This document shows, piece by piece, positions 1-13,399 of a stretch of 64,000 bases of DNA. The notes under the pieces were generated by a model, which saw only the letters and a program-made list of their open reading frames with translations, did no database searches and was not told the origin of the DNA. Each line of letters starts with the position of its first letter. Position 1 is the stretch's first letter. The position numbers and the translations under genes were made by a program. The DNA comes from Podarcis gaigeae (Eukaryota): the NCBI GenBank assembly GCA_964106915.2, contig OZ066923.1. One strand, 5' to 3'.

Positions 1-3000
1 ACCTTCATTCTACTTTATATTAAAAGAAAGTTGACAACTGTACTGAATTATTCTGGAAGCATTTCTGCTTAGCATTATTATTAGGGCTTTTCTACCTACA
101 TGTTTAGGAACTTTCCTCCTCACTCTCCCCACCCAACACCCAGGATTGCTAGTTTCCTGGAAAAATGTTGTAGATCAGTAAGCGGTAGATGTGGGATAAA
201 ATGCATAGCAGTGAGATGAAATATATGCTTTTAGAAACTTAGTAGAGAGGTATATTGAATTGTAGCCCTAATTAATGATGGTAAATTATAAAGGCTAAAG
301 TGTATGCATTTGAAAGTCAAGCTAAATAATATTTATGTACCTATTCTGCCTCTGCTGACAGAATTGGGGAATAAGGGGAATTGGGATTACACTTAAACTG
401 GAACCAAAGTTCTTTGCTGGCCTGTGGACCATGTTGCCAATTTTTAACTGGTCAGTGGCCTGCAGTCACACAACATATTGAACATCTCATAAGTGTGCCT
501 GTCTAATGCATGACAGTCTCTCTCTTCCCATATACCTTTTCTTTGCCCACCTTCTTGGTTGAAATCTGAATAGAGCATCTCAAAGCATTATCTGCTCATG
601 GAGAGAGAATACGAATTCATATCCTAGCGAGCTCTCCATAGCCTGCAACCCTATTCTGCTTACCTGGGAGGAAGACCCATTGAACTTAGCAACCCCACAA
701 ATTTTGAATGTGCTTCCATCTGGGATCAAGAACCATTTTATTTCCCTGGCTTTCTCTTGATGATTTCTTTTATTTTGTGGCTGATGGATTTAGCTGTATT
801 TTGGCTTTTAATATTTGTGGCTTTTAAATTGTTCCTGGCTTTTATTCATTAATTGTAGTTATTTTCTATTGCTTTTCTTCTGTGTGCCACCTTTGAGAGG
901 GCTTTAGACTTCAAAGCTGTCTATAAATATTTCATATACAATTAAAGAGGACTTACATAGACTTGCAAAGGATTGCATCATTAATCAGACTTTTCACATG
1001 CCCCGTAGACATGGGAATCCCTAGTTGGTCATTTGAAATGGGGCAAAGGCCGAGGAGGCAACAGGGGCTAGAGGGGGGTTGTGAGGAGGAGAAGCAGAAT
1101 AAGGAAAGAGGAACATGATTTGGGTGGTAGTTTCGAGGCCCCTTTTCCCTGCAAATGACTATGAAGAAAAAATGTGCACTATGAATGCAAATTTCAGATA
1201 AGAAGCTTATAAATCAAGTTGGCAAATTACACAGACTCTGAAATCAGGACCAGGATGGTGAGTGCAGAATGTGAAAATAAATAAATAAAAATGAAATGAA
1301 TAAGCAAGCCTAAAGTACTTGCTCGTATGAATAATAGGAGACTTCAGTTACCCAAATGAGTGCCCATTATATGCTGTAAATCTCCTTATGTAACAGTTCG
1401 TTTTCTTGAAAGTAAGAGCAACGGTAGCACATTCCCAAGGTGAATTAGGATTTTCATAAATGTGTTACAGGTGAACAAGATGTAATATTTTCACATATCC
1501 AGCTGATCTGAGTTGTAGCCTGATTGTGGGGGAAGAATGGGGTTTGTAGTTTTTTAGTTGTCAGTCTTTTTGTCTCCTTGGCCCTGGCTGAGCTAGATTG
1601 TTTTCAAATCTGCAGCAAGCCAAACAATTCTGAGCAGCATCTTGATTCCTCTTCTTATGGTCACTAGGTCAAGCTTTTATCTGGGTCAGCTGGACCCCGG
1701 CTGCTGCCAAGATATTTGACAGCTCCATTAACTATACATGATTATGTCTTGTTGTTGTGCCTGTTATACAGACAATTTGAATCCATAGCCCCAGTTCAAA
1801 GTGAAGGTGTCCCCTACATAGAGAGACCATGATAACATGTGGTGCTGCCCTTGCAGAACTGTTGCAGAAGATGCACTAATTGTGAGAATTGGCTCCTCTG
1901 CACTAGGGCTGTCTGCTTAGCCATAATGTTTTGTGCAGTTGTGGTGGCCTTTGTTCTGAGCTACTATGAATACACAAATTGCCTCAGTCACATGAATGGC
2001 CCCCACATGGAAGAGCTAGTTCTCACAAGCAGTGCCTTTGCTTTAGTGGCAGTCCAGTGGCAGTTGCTTCTTCTGACTTGGTTTGCACATAATGCTAAAC
2101 CATGGTTTATTAAACTATGTTTTATTTAAATTGTAGCATGTGGTTCAACTAAGTATTACTCAGAGCAGACTCATTAAAATTAATGGACCTACATTACTGA
2201 TGGCCTTTAATGTCAGTGGGACTACTTTGAGTATGATTAGCATTGGCTACAACCAATAGTGTTGTATGTGAAGCCTATTTATCAGGTTAACTATGGTTTG
2301 TTTACCAGCAAACCACAATATGAAGCAAGGGTTTCTTGTTGGCTGAGAAACTTGGGTTGCTTTAACCCAACACCCTTTTCTAACCGTACTGTGTTTGACC
2401 ATGCACCCCAGACACATCTGACAACAAAGGCCTGAGGCGAGAATAGCTGGGAAATAAACCAAGCTTTGGAGAAACTAGCTATGATTTAAGTGATCATCTT
2501 TGGGACAAGTTGTCATTAACTTGTGACTTGTTAAGTAATGGCATAAACAAACAATGGTCAACAAACACATCTGAATAGTAGGAAGCCTTGGTTTCCTCAG
2601 TCCAAAATAACTGTTTCCAATTTTAAAGCTATTCTCTTCACTAAATCCTTTTACTAAACCACTACAAGCAGATGTGCTTCAGGAATTGTGGATTGTCCTT
2701 TTCCTAACTTGCTAAGAATCAAAAGAGAGTTTTCAGAGAAATTGGGAGATTCTCAATAGCAGTGAAGAAAAGAAAGTCATCCGCTTATCTAGCTAGACTC
2801 ATTTGAGAATTTTCAATTATAATTTCATAGTCTTTGTCTCATGCCTTTAATATATTATGCCTGCTAATATATAACTTTGGCCCATCTTTGCCTGCCTTTA
2901 AAACTTCTCCTAGAAACTTCTAATCAGGCTGTAGTTTCAGGATGCCTGATACTAGTGCAGGCTTGCAACAGCCACTTGCCTGGTCGCTTGTGGTAAGTGA

Positions 3001-3233
3001 GAATTGCCTGAAGACAACTAAGCAGGGAAGCTTTTGTAAATGGTAAGACAGTCAAAAGTTTAGGCCTCAAATGCATTTCACAACCTTTTTGTAGAACTTA
3101 CAGCATGGGCTCACCCTGTTACCTTCTCCAACCTGGTGCCTCATACCTGTTTCCGTTCTACAATTCCCAACTTCCTTGACAACTGAACCTGCTGGGTGTT
3201 GCTGATGGGAATTGGAGTTCTAAACATCTAGAG

Positions 3234-3369
3234 CAGGCATCCCCAACCTTCGGTCCTCCAGATGTTTTGGTTTACAGTTCCCATCATCCCTGACCACTGG
3301 TCCTGTTAGCTAGGGATCATGGGAATTGTAGGCCAAAACATCTGGAGGGCCAAAGGTTGGGGATGCCTG
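3234..3369. mobile_element. hAT-type hairpin MITE (136 bp) nested in an older related MITE (~3120-3399)
   Basis: 58-bp inverted arms CAGGCATCCCCAACC.../...GGTTGGGGATGCCTG, 20-nt loop, 8-bp TSD ATCTAGAG (3226-3233, 3370-3377). Confidence 0.92.
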
Positions 3370-4254
3370 ATCTAGAGGACACCTAATTGGGGAAGGCTGT
3401 CATAGCAAAGGCAAATTATGTCACTGCTGAACAGCTCTATTTCAGTGTTTCTGTGTTTTCATCTCTCATTAAGGACTTTGTTTCTGGAAGCCTTTCTAAC
3501 TTGTTACAGTGCCACCTTGTCTGGAGGGAAGATTGGTTTATGAGGCAGTTGATGACATGACTGGTGAAAACCTACCTTTCTACATTGCTTACCTTCCATT
3601 TCCTGATTGCACTGCATTATATATCCTGCTGTGTAGTCTCTTCTCCAAAAGCTGGAATTATGACTCTTTTAAAAATCACATTTTTATTTCATTTTTTTCC
3701 TGCTACATTGCAATTGCACTAATAAAAAATAAAATAAAAAAGAAATAAAAAGCAACTGGTGTGATCGCTTTGGCTGCAAAGAGAAAACAATTAATTACAG
3801 GGCTGGTTTGCCAGGAGAGATCAGGAAATGATTGATTAATGGGCCAATTTCAGTAATGGCTGTGGCCCAGGAGGGAACAGGAAATGACTTATTAAAGAGC
3901 CATTTCAATAATGCCAGGAAAAAATAGGAGCCGCCTCACACACCACAAATTAGGAGAACCTTTATTGATTGAAGGCTGCAATCTAAGCAAGTGTTCTGGA
4001 GCACAATGGAACTTACTTTTAAGTAAAAGTAGTTATGTTCTTGCCTGTGGAGATGGGCATTGCGGGATTATTATGGGGAATATAAAATATATTAAATCCT
4101 GTGTAGAATTTAAGCTTCCAACTTTCATGTCTACTTTTAATTGCTTTTATCATCACCTAAAATATCCTATAAAGATATTGCAGGATGTAAGTATTTTAAA
4201 TAAAATTCATGATTATCTTTTGATGGTGCACAGATATAGCAATAGTTGTTGCTG

Positions 4255-4915
4255 ACATCCATCTGTCTTGGGAGAAAATAGAGGAGTGCACTTTGACGGG
4301 TAAAGTCAAAGTATTGGAGGTTGCAGCTCCTGCTCACTGCTATGGAAACATGCCCTGACTGCCTGTCTTCAGACACTGTGATCGTCTGCAAGGAATTCCC
4401 ACATGGCAGAGTTGATGTTGGCCGCCTTCATGACACATTTGCAGGCATCTTTGTAGCATGGAGTTGGTCTGCCAATGGGCTTGGTTCCTGAAGCCATCTC
4501 CCCATAGAGCACATCCTTGGAAATCCTGCCCTCTTTCCTTCTGTGGATATGACCAAGCCAGCATAGAGGTCACTGAGGAAGGAGTTCAAACATGTTGGGA
4601 ATGTGGGCTTGGGGGAGCACATTTGTTTGAAACTTTGTAGAAGGTGTCGAGGCTTTGCACCTGACAGTTGTAAGTTGCCCACAATACAGCTCCACAATGT
4701 AGCGTGCTCAACATGTAGACCTGGTAGACCTTCACCTTGGTATTGGGCGTTAACATTGCATTCTCCCATACCCTCTTGGAGTGATGAGCTATTACCGCAG
4801 TTGTCCAGCTCAGCATTAGTGAGGAGGTTGCTGGTTATGCTAGAACCCAGGAAGATGAAATTATCTGCTGCCTCAAGCATGTGGTCACCGATGCTGATGC
4901 ATGGAGTGCTGGCTG
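4255..4915 (-). mobile_element. Degenerate RTE-clade LINE fragment (C-terminal RT region)
   Basis: Minus-strand frames give LEAADNFIFLGSSITSN and VWENAMLTPNTKVKVYQ..LSTLHCG, typical of RTE ORF C-termini; frameshifted. Confidence 0.8.
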
Positions 4916-5504
4916 ATGGCTAACAACAGTCAACAGGCTGAAAATCTGCATACAGTAAAGCTATAATCACATTAAGCTAGTAACTAATCCTGCAAATAGA
5001 ATTCCTTACCATCTGATTCAAGAAGCTGGGTTATTTCCTTTTGTAGCAGCAACATCAAGGTGAAGTTTGCAGATGTGGGTGTGAATTTCCACTGCACCAC
5101 AAGAACAAGTTTGCCCAAGCACATTCTCAGGGAGAAAATGTTTCTGAACCACCATATCCAGTAAAAAAATAAGAAATAGCAGAAATGCAACCTGTTTAGT
5201 ATACAGGGAAAACAAGCATTTGAATTTACAAATTGTAAACTGTGTAACCGGCCCTTGGAATCCTCCAAGTTTTCAGTGTGTGAAAGCTTTCCTTCTCCTC
5301 CAGTATGCTTTTCCCATTCATTTGTTTATAACAGTTCCCAAGCTAAAACCAGCAGGACAAAAAAAATTTTAGATGATTTTCAGCAATACAAGGCAGAAGT
5401 TGCCAGACTACTATTAAAAAATGGGCTAGCCTGTTCTACTGCCTCTGGAGCTGAGCGTTATTACCTGTTGGTGTCTGGTGGTTATGCTGCTATTAAAAGC
5501 AGTG

Positions 5505-6290
5505 GAGTGGCCCATTGCACTGCATTGCTTAAGAGTGCTAGACTAGGATAAAGAATACCCAGCTTCAAATCCCCACTCAGCCATGAAGTTCACTGTGTGA
5601 CTGTAATAGATAGGTTGGATGCAGAGAAGTGGTGGGAGGCACCATCTGGGAAACCTCCATGGAAACCCCAAGGGAAGAAGGCTCAGTGCCAGTGGATTGG
5701 TGGTGGGACGATGATGAGTGGTCAGAGGGAGGAGGAGGAGATGTTGGAAGCTGAAGAGGTAATAGGGTTTAGTGAACAGAATGAGTCTGTGGCATAGAGC
5801 AGCCAGAATCAGAGGCAGAAGCAAAGGCTGGAAAGGAGGAGGGCGAAAAGGCAAAGATGGGGCAGGTTGCTGAAGAAGCCAGAGGGTCTCCCTCTCCTGC
5901 TGCAACCAGCTCCCCTCTCCTCTGGTCTCCCAGAACCCGTAGGGGTATGAAGAGGATGCAGCATAGACAGACAAGCCGTCAGAGTTTCAGATTGCTTGGG
6001 AAGGACCCAGAGGAAAAGGAGACTTAGGCAGCTGTGGGAGGGCGAGGACATTCAGTCCTTGCAACTGACTCATTGGAAGATCTACTGGAATGAGTTGCTG
6101 TGCTCACTAGGCCTGTGCTGTTTTGTTTCTTTGACTAAAAAGTTAACTTTACTGATAGTTTGTGAGCTATTGCTGACCTGCTCTTGAAACCCTCCCTGAC
6201 AGTGAGCTTGGATCAGTAACAATCACTAAGTCTAACCTACCTGGAAGAGTTGTTATTTGGATAAAAAGTGGGGGGAGCCACTGAGCACCT
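5505..6290 (+). mobile_element. Old MIR/CORE-like tRNA-derived SINE split by a solo LTR
   Basis: TTCAAATCCCCACTCAGCCATGAAGTTCACTG.GTGAC before 5602 continues as CTTGGATCAGT...CTAACCTACCT...GTTGTT after 6201. Confidence 0.6.
5602..6201 (+). mobile_element. Solo LTR (600 bp)
   Basis: TGT...ACA termini; 5-bp TSD GTGAC/GTGAG (4 of 5 match); cleanly interrupts a SINE; purine-rich body. Confidence 0.75.
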
Positions 6291-6320
6291 TGGAAGAAAT
6301 ATGGAAAGATGCAATAAATA

Positions 6321-6674
6321 GGTAAAGGTAAAGGGACCCCTGACCATTAGGTCCAATCGTGGCCGACTCTGGGGTTGCGATGCTCATCTTGCTTTATTAG
6401 CCAAGGGAGCCGGTGTACAGCTTCCGGGTCATGTGGCCAGCATGACTAAGCTGCTTCTGGCTAACCAGAGCAGTGCACGGAAACACCATTTACCTTCTCG
6501 CCAGAGCAGTACCTATTTATCTACTTGCACTTTGAGGTGCTTTCGAACTGCTAGGTTGGCAGGAGCAGGGACTGAGCAAAGGGCGCTCACCCCGCCGCAG
6601 GGATTCGAACCGCCGACCTTCTGATCGGCAAGTCCTAGGCTCTGTGGTTTAATCCACAGCGCCACCCGCGTTCC
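6321..6674 (-). mobile_element. Sauria SINE, full length
   Basis: tRNA-like head, (ACCTTT)n tail on the - strand, 12-bp TSD ATGCAATAAATA (6309-6320, 6677-6688). Confidence 0.93.
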
Positions 6675-7899
6675 TTATGCAATAAATAAATGCCAACAAA
6701 AACAGAAGTTGGTAACCCTCCTGCATAAGGCAACTTCATCTGTTCCTAAGCGACTTGGCTGTGGATGTGAATGAATTGAAGAGGGACGAAGAAAGAACAC
6801 TAAAAATAAAGTGAAGGGATAAAATGGATTGAGAATTCCACCTTCAACTTTAGAAAGGGTGACTAGGGAGAGAAAGAGCAAACTGTGGAAGAAGCCCAGA
6901 AAATGGGAAGAGAAAGATCACTCTTCATACCAGTGCTAAACTTTGGAGGGATGAGGAGGCAGGGAATGGCCTGGAGGAGGAAAACTGGGAACTTCAAAAT
7001 CCACAGAGTCAGCAAGGAGGCAGCTGAAGATCTAATTAGAGGCCCATTTCTGTCAAACTTTGCTGTAGTCAACACAGAGTTGCATCACTGTTAAAGGAGG
7101 CTGTCAGAAACAAAACAAGCGAAGTACGGGGAATCCCCTTCAGCGATTATGTGAGCATGCACATGAATTTATCCAGGCCAAAAGAAATATCCTTTACACA
7201 TGAAAAATTCAAGAAGTGTGGCTAATGGAAGAGACTAACTTTGCCAGCTGAATAGTCTGAGGGATTTTAGGATGCTCAAAAGTCATCTGCTGAACAAATA
7301 GGTATAGATATTAGGACAAATAGTAATCTTTTAATAGAAAATGAAGTTACCTGTTAGGCTGTAAAGCAGGCAGGCAGTCAAAGATGATAATGATATATCA
7401 GCAAAGCTAAGACACTCCTTAGCTCTTGGTTCTTCCCCTCACCAAACAGAATGAGTACAGAAATACCTATTTCAGGGGTTATTCTTCTCTGGTTGATGCC
7501 CTCAAGTAAAATTGCTTTTGCTGCTGTGCTGATCTCACAAAGGAACGATGCATAACAACCGAAGTTCAGAATTTGAATTGGGCTCAGCCTCATTGTATGA
7601 GTCTGCCAACTGGATTATTTTCCAGCCACAGGTGTTGATAGAAGGAAAGCAGACTATTGTATAAATCCCGGCTTGGAATTTTATCAAAAAAACTGCTTTG
7701 GTACTGGGCCAGGGCTAGGCAATGTCCAATTCATGGCCAGCCAAGACATTTTGCTCCATAGGATAGATCAGCAGATTATTATTCATGCTTACTCCATTGA
7801 ACATACCTGGGACTTGACTTCCAAGTAAACATGCATTGTTAATCCTGAAGACCGACACCAGCTAAGGTGGCCAGATGCAAAAGGGAACAGGACTTCCTG

Positions 7900-8215
7900 T
7901 ACAAGAAGAACCCTGCTGGATCTTTCCAAAGGCCTATCTAATCCAGCATCCATTTCTCATCCTAGCCAATCAGTTGCCTATGGAAAGCCTAAAAGTAGGG
8001 CCTGATTGCAACAGTGCTCTCTCCACTTGTGATACCCCAGCAACTGTTTTTCAGAGGGATGCTGCCCTCAACAGTGGAGGGAAAACGTAGCCATTGTGGC
8101 ATTGATAGCCATTGATAGTCTTATCCTTCAATAACTTTGTCTAATTCTGTTTTAAAGCCATCCACGTTGGTGGCCATAATTACATCTTATGAGAGTGCTG
8201 CATGAAAAGGAAACA
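7900..8215 (-). mobile_element. CR1 LINE 3' fragment, degenerate
   Basis: AGCCCTGCTGGATC...ATCCAGCATC...TAGCCATTGATAG...TTTAAAGCCATCC, the reverse complement of the CR1 3' region also seen at 16545-17065. Confidence 0.65.
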
Positions 8216-8289
8216 CTTTGTGTACAAGATGGAGATGTTGCTTATAATGCAATCCAAGAGAGATCTTGAGAGGGTATGGCGGGCATGGG

Positions 8290-8720
8290 TAATGCTGAGC
8301 TAGTTTGACTATTGAGACAGCTTCCTAAGTTCCTGTGCTCTGACAGAAGGTATAAAACTCTCATCTGGAGTACACCATTCACCAGTTCCGTCATCTAAAG
8401 CCCCACTAACTGTCATTACCTCAGCCTGATCTGTGCCAAGTTTTCTTTTATTGGCCCTCATCCAGCACATTACTAATTCTGGACAACAGCTTAGGGATTC
8501 CACTGCCTCATTGGTATTTGAGAAAAATGAGAACTATTACGAGGAGTCATCAGCATACTGATGACACTAAGCTCCAAATTCCCTAATAACCTCCAGCAGT
8601 GGTTTAATGTAAATGTTTTAAAAGCATATGGAAGAAGACAGAACCACAGGACAAATTCCCAAAGCGTAGAACAGGAGTTCCCCCAACAATACTTTAGGGC
8701 CATTTGGCAGTAGGAAAAGG
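8290..8720 (-). mobile_element. L2-like LINE RT fragment, degenerate
   Basis: Minus strand near 8545-8570 reads CHQYADD (RT catalytic motif); ORF track shows WMRANKRKL..DQAEV (compare WM..N.LKLN..KTE). Confidence 0.75.
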
Positions 8721-8734
8721 GCATTTCCCATTTT

Positions 8735-9072
8735 CAGAGCACATGTTTTGCATGCAGAAAATCCCACATTCAGTCCCTGCTGGCATCTACAGTTAAAGGA
8801 ATCAGGTAGCAGGTGGCATGAAAGACCAATGCCTGAGACCCTGGAGAAGATGCTGCCAGCTTGAGTGGCCAGCAGTGGACTAGATCAGTGTTTCCCAACC
8901 TTGTGCCTCCAGATGTTTTTGGCCTACAACTCCCATCATCCCTAGCTAGCAAGACCAGTGGTCAGGGATGATGGGAGTTGTAGGCCAAAAACATCTGGAG
9001 GCACAAGGTTGGGAAACACTGGACTAGATAACCAACACTCTGACCAAATATAAGGCAGCGTCCTATGTTCTT
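8735..9072 (+). mobile_element. tRNA-derived squamate SINE with ...GGCAGCTTCCTATGTTC tail, host of the MITE at 8886
   Basis: GAGCAC...TGCATGCAGAA...CCTGAGACCCTGGAGA...ATAAGGCAGCGTCCTATGTTC. Related copies near 34930-35440 (-), 46370-46625 (-), 53815-54198, 54285-54425. Confidence 0.6.
8886..9021. mobile_element. hAT-type hairpin MITE (136 bp) with perfect arms
   Basis: Perfect 58-bp inverted repeats, 20-nt loop, 8-bp TSD GACTAGAT (8878-8885, 9022-9029). Confidence 0.95.
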
Positions 9073-9110
9073 CTGAAACCTACAGAAACAGTGCAGAACA
9101 ACTCCATCTA

Positions 9111-9356
9111 CAGTGGTACCTTGGGTTACATATGCTTCAGGTTACATACGCTTCAGGTTACAGACTCAGGTTACATACGCTTCAGGTTACAGACTCCGCT
9201 AACCCAGAAATAGTACTTCGGGTTAAGAACTTTGCTTCAGGATGAGAACAGAAATCGTGCTACGGTGGCAGCGGGAGGCCCCATTAGCTAAAGTGGTGCT
9301 TCAGGTTAAGAACGGACCTCCAGCACAAATTAAGTTCTTAACCCGAGGTACCACTG
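9111..9356. mobile_element. Tc1/mariner (Tigger-like) MITE
   Basis: TIRs CAGTGGTACCT(T/C)GGGTTA, TA TSDs, internal tandem TCAGGTTACATACGCT units. Confidence 0.9.
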
Positions 9357-12300
9357 TATTTCCAATCCAGCCAGGTGATCTGAAAGGATATCGTGGTTTA
9401 TGGAATTGAAAGACCTTGACAGGTTCAGAAGGCTAAACAAGGGCACACATGTACATTGGTAAAGGGCATTCACCAGTGCAACCCAGGCAAAGGATAGAAT
9501 AGTGTCTCTTTCTCTTTACCCATTCCATTTACAAAAGCCTACTGGACTAGCTGCTGCATCTTACTTCTGACCTGGAGCAGCTGGCGAGCTTAGGGCAGGT
9601 CAAACAGTGAAGACGGCTCTCTGCTGCTCTCAGCCCCTGACTGTTTAAAGGGGTATGGCACTACTTTAAATGTAGAGTGCAGATGGGGCCCACGTCAGAG
9701 TCAGCCCAGAGGTATAAATGAGGTAAGTGACTTTGCCAATGTGTTTGCTTAAACCACAGAGGTTGAAAAATGTTTTGTCTTGGTCTCCACTCCCCACCCA
9801 GTTGCAGAGGAGTGAGGAGACCTGATGTCTACTGAAAGCCTACTCCCCACCCCCCTCACAACCACTGTCCCAAGTACATAGGCAAAGAAAGCCTTTGTCC
9901 GCAAGAGAAGGGAAAATAAATTAGACATTCCTATTCACCCAGACTGACAGATTCAGACTGTGCTGGTGGTGGAGGATTTGTCATGCTGTCACCTGTATTG
10001 TATAGAAAACTGGCCAGGATAAGAGAGAGAGGGAGAGAAAGAGAGAGGACAACAGGATGAGTAGAAAGTCAGTAAAATGGTGAGAAGGCAGCCACAGGAG
10101 ACGTGGCAGAGCCCTTCACTGCCTAGCATTGTCTGATGATTTAACATCCGCACCACAAGCCATTACTTCTGCTCTAAATGAAATATTAACTGTCCTGCAG
10201 TAAACTCAAGGCATCCTGTTCCTTGTCTAGGTTCTTATATGAGAAGAGACAATAGAGGGCCAATAAGCTACCAAGGATGCTTTGCTGTATTTTATTTTGA
10301 AAACTGGTTGGGAAAAATAAATCCACATTTCAGAGGCCTTTGTTAGTTTTCAGGAGATGTCTGAAAGTAGCAGGGATTATTCTTGCTGAGCCTCTACTGG
10401 CAGGGAGTTCCACAGGGCAGGGCCCATCACATGAAAAACCTGGTCTTAGTAAAGGCTGAGCAAATCCCAGCAGTGCCCCATCAGAGGATCTCCATGACTG
10501 AAGTGGAGCATAAGGAATCAGGTGGTCCTTAAGACACTATGTGGGGTTTTGTGAATTAAGACCTATATAAATTTGCTGTGTGTGTACGTAAATGCTTTGT
10601 GCTATACCCGTGATGAAAGCTTTCCTAGAAGAAAGGCCTTGCTGGGCTAGTTGCTGCCCATCTATTGCTCCTCTCTGGTCCAATAATCCAATCAGGAAGG
10701 TCATTAGTCACTTTATATTACAGGTAGCAGAAGTTGGATTGAGATCCAGTGCTTTGTGTGATGGCTGTTCCTACAATTCTTAAGTTTAGTACTTGTGAAT
10801 AAACCTCAGATATGAATTAATTGTGCTGTGGGCCTCGTATGGTTTGTGCTGTTTGTGTGTGTTTTTGTAGATGTTTGTCTCATTAAAATACACATATGGG
10901 GGCCAAATTAGCACTGGCATGTATTTTAAAGAGAAAAGCACCTACAAAAATACATGCATAGAAAGTTCAAATGATTTTTTAGCCAGGGAGATCCAATGGA
11001 GTGCAAAATGCTGGAAGTTTCTGGCTACATTCAGTGTGTAATTTAAGGGTTAGTTCTGTTCCGAGTGTTAGCTACCCAAGGGGTGCATGTGTTGTTGTGG
11101 AGGAGCTTTTCCTCTGTCTGTTTGGTTGAGTGTCTTTCTGTTATATACAAAGTCTGAAGTAAAAAAGTATAAATCTCTTCAATTGATATACTGCTTCTGC
11201 TCTGTTTTCATCAGTTAAGTGTTATCAGGATTTCTTTTCTATCTGAATTCCGTCTGCATTATTTAAGTAATTTTTTTAACACAAAAAAAGATTGTTTGAA
11301 GTTGGCGTGAGTCTAAGTGAGGATATGAACCCAGCTTTTCCAGGTCTAAGTATAGGATTCAGTGTACTGGATCACAACATTCACACCCATGAACCAAACT
11401 ACTAGGAAACGATGAAAAGGTTTTTTAAAAATAGATTGAGGTGGGGTTAGCTCAGGGATATGTTACAGAATTTGATGCTGATGCACGTATGCATTATCAC
11501 TGTTTTATGTTCACTCCCCATTTATGACCTGTAATGTTCCTGGGACTCTTTAAGTGTCTCAGATGTTATAGCTTTTAGCAGTTGACAGTCCCAAGCTCTA
11601 CGCATATATTTCAGAATAGAAATGATGGCCTTATTAAGAGTCACAGCTGGATCCTAGCCAATCACTAGCTGAGGGGAGAAGCAAGAGGCGATTGGCAGTA
11701 ATTGTCACCAAAATGGAAAGGGAATTATGAATCTGGTTCATACATGTTCTTTCAGATGGAACCAACTGCAGTGACTTTTCGCCGAGAAATTAAAATTAAT
11801 GGTCTTCCTTTCCGGACCATCATTTTATTTATTCATTTGTATTATGTGGGAATAAGGTGCTGAGCTACTGGAGCAGAACCAATGCAGCAGGAAATAGAGG
11901 ACTAAGAGAAAAGTAGGAGGGGAGGCGTTTGATTCAGAAAGAAGAACTGCAAAAGGGTTTTAGGTGGAGTGTGTAAATTATGGTTTAATTGGAGTAGTCC
12001 ACCTTCCAGTCACAAGTTATTATAAAATAAGACATAAACCTTTGTTTCCTTAAGGACATGAACTACCTGCAAACGGATGGTATTTTAGGAAGAAACTTCC
12101 CCTTAGGGTGCGTGATTACATAATCGTTCACAACAGGGTTTCTTGCAAGTTCCTGTGAACCATCTGGTGCATGGCACCACCAGAAAGAGGATATTGGTCC
12201 AACAGACAGTCTAATCCAGTGTGACAATTCCTGTGTTCTTGGCTTTGATTATTTATTTATTTTAAATACTGCCCAGCTATAGAGACCAGCTCTGTCGCAA

Positions 12301-12777
12301 AAGGTTACCGACTTCTGTATGCCTCTGGGTTCCAAAATACAAACTAATAATGAGAGGAGGAGGAAGAAAAGAAGGGAGGGAGGGATTTAGCAGGACAGAG
12401 AAAAAGATTAACAGCAGGAACGTGGACGGCCAGGATGGTGGGAGCGAGAAAAGGAAAGTTCATTGCTAATTAGAAAACTTGAACTGAGGAAAGTTAATTA
12501 GTAATGAAACTTCTGACTGAATGATGTGGATTTTGAATACAGTCTTTGTCAGAAGTTGAAATTAATTACACGCTTAGATACAGGAGAGGGTTTGGGGGGT
12601 GGCAAGGGGGAAGAGAAATAGAAAGGGGCGGAGAATGAGATACAACAAAAAGCAGGATTATAAACCTGGTTCAAGTTTGTTGCCGTGGTGACTAGAGATA
12701 GTCCCTGTGGCTGACAGTGGTGAGACACATTGAAGGAAGCAGATAGTTATAATTAACCCTTTCTGAACGCTCTTGAT

Positions 12778-12778
<1 letters not shown>

Positions 12779-12829
<51 letters not shown>
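12779..12829. repeat. Compound microsatellite (CT)n(GT)n
   Basis: Directly visible. Confidence 0.95.
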
Positions 12830-12832
<3 letters not shown>

Positions 12833-13399
12833 GTGGATAGGACATGGAGAGAGATTAACAAAGTTCTATTTTTCTCACTTCTTTTATCTCTTGTCATTCC
12901 TATTGGACATGCTGGAATTGGTCATATAAATATTTAAGCCCCTCCATGACTGATACGCCTTTTCACTCAATTTATGCTAAATTTTGCCTGTGGTGCCACA
13001 GGCTGAAGGATGTGTGTGAAAGTCACCCACTGCCCCATAGGGACAGCAGAGGATTCTGACAAAAACAGGAGTGGAAATTGTCCAGAATGAAGATCGATCC
13101 AGCAAATACAATTGGTTTTCACTGTCTGCAAACGATACATAATCGATTATGTCTCTGTGCCCAAATTCGCATTGTGCTTCCTCTGAAATGAATAGGGTGG
13201 AATAATGTAACGGCAATGTAACTTATGTAACAAATGTAATTCATTACGTAATTTATGTAATTTCACCACAGCAGACAGCAAGATGAATAGCATAGTTTTT
13301 GGCAGAAACCCAATGGCAGCAGAATGGAAACAGAGCTATGTGTGTCGACCACAGGGTGGAACAGAAAGTGATGCCCAAAGTTATGTGAGAAGAGGGTTT

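Noticed and set aside
9121-9200. Short direct repeats resembling a CRISPR array
   Set aside because: No unique spacers; they are internal tandem units of a TA-flanked MITE in a vertebrate genome.
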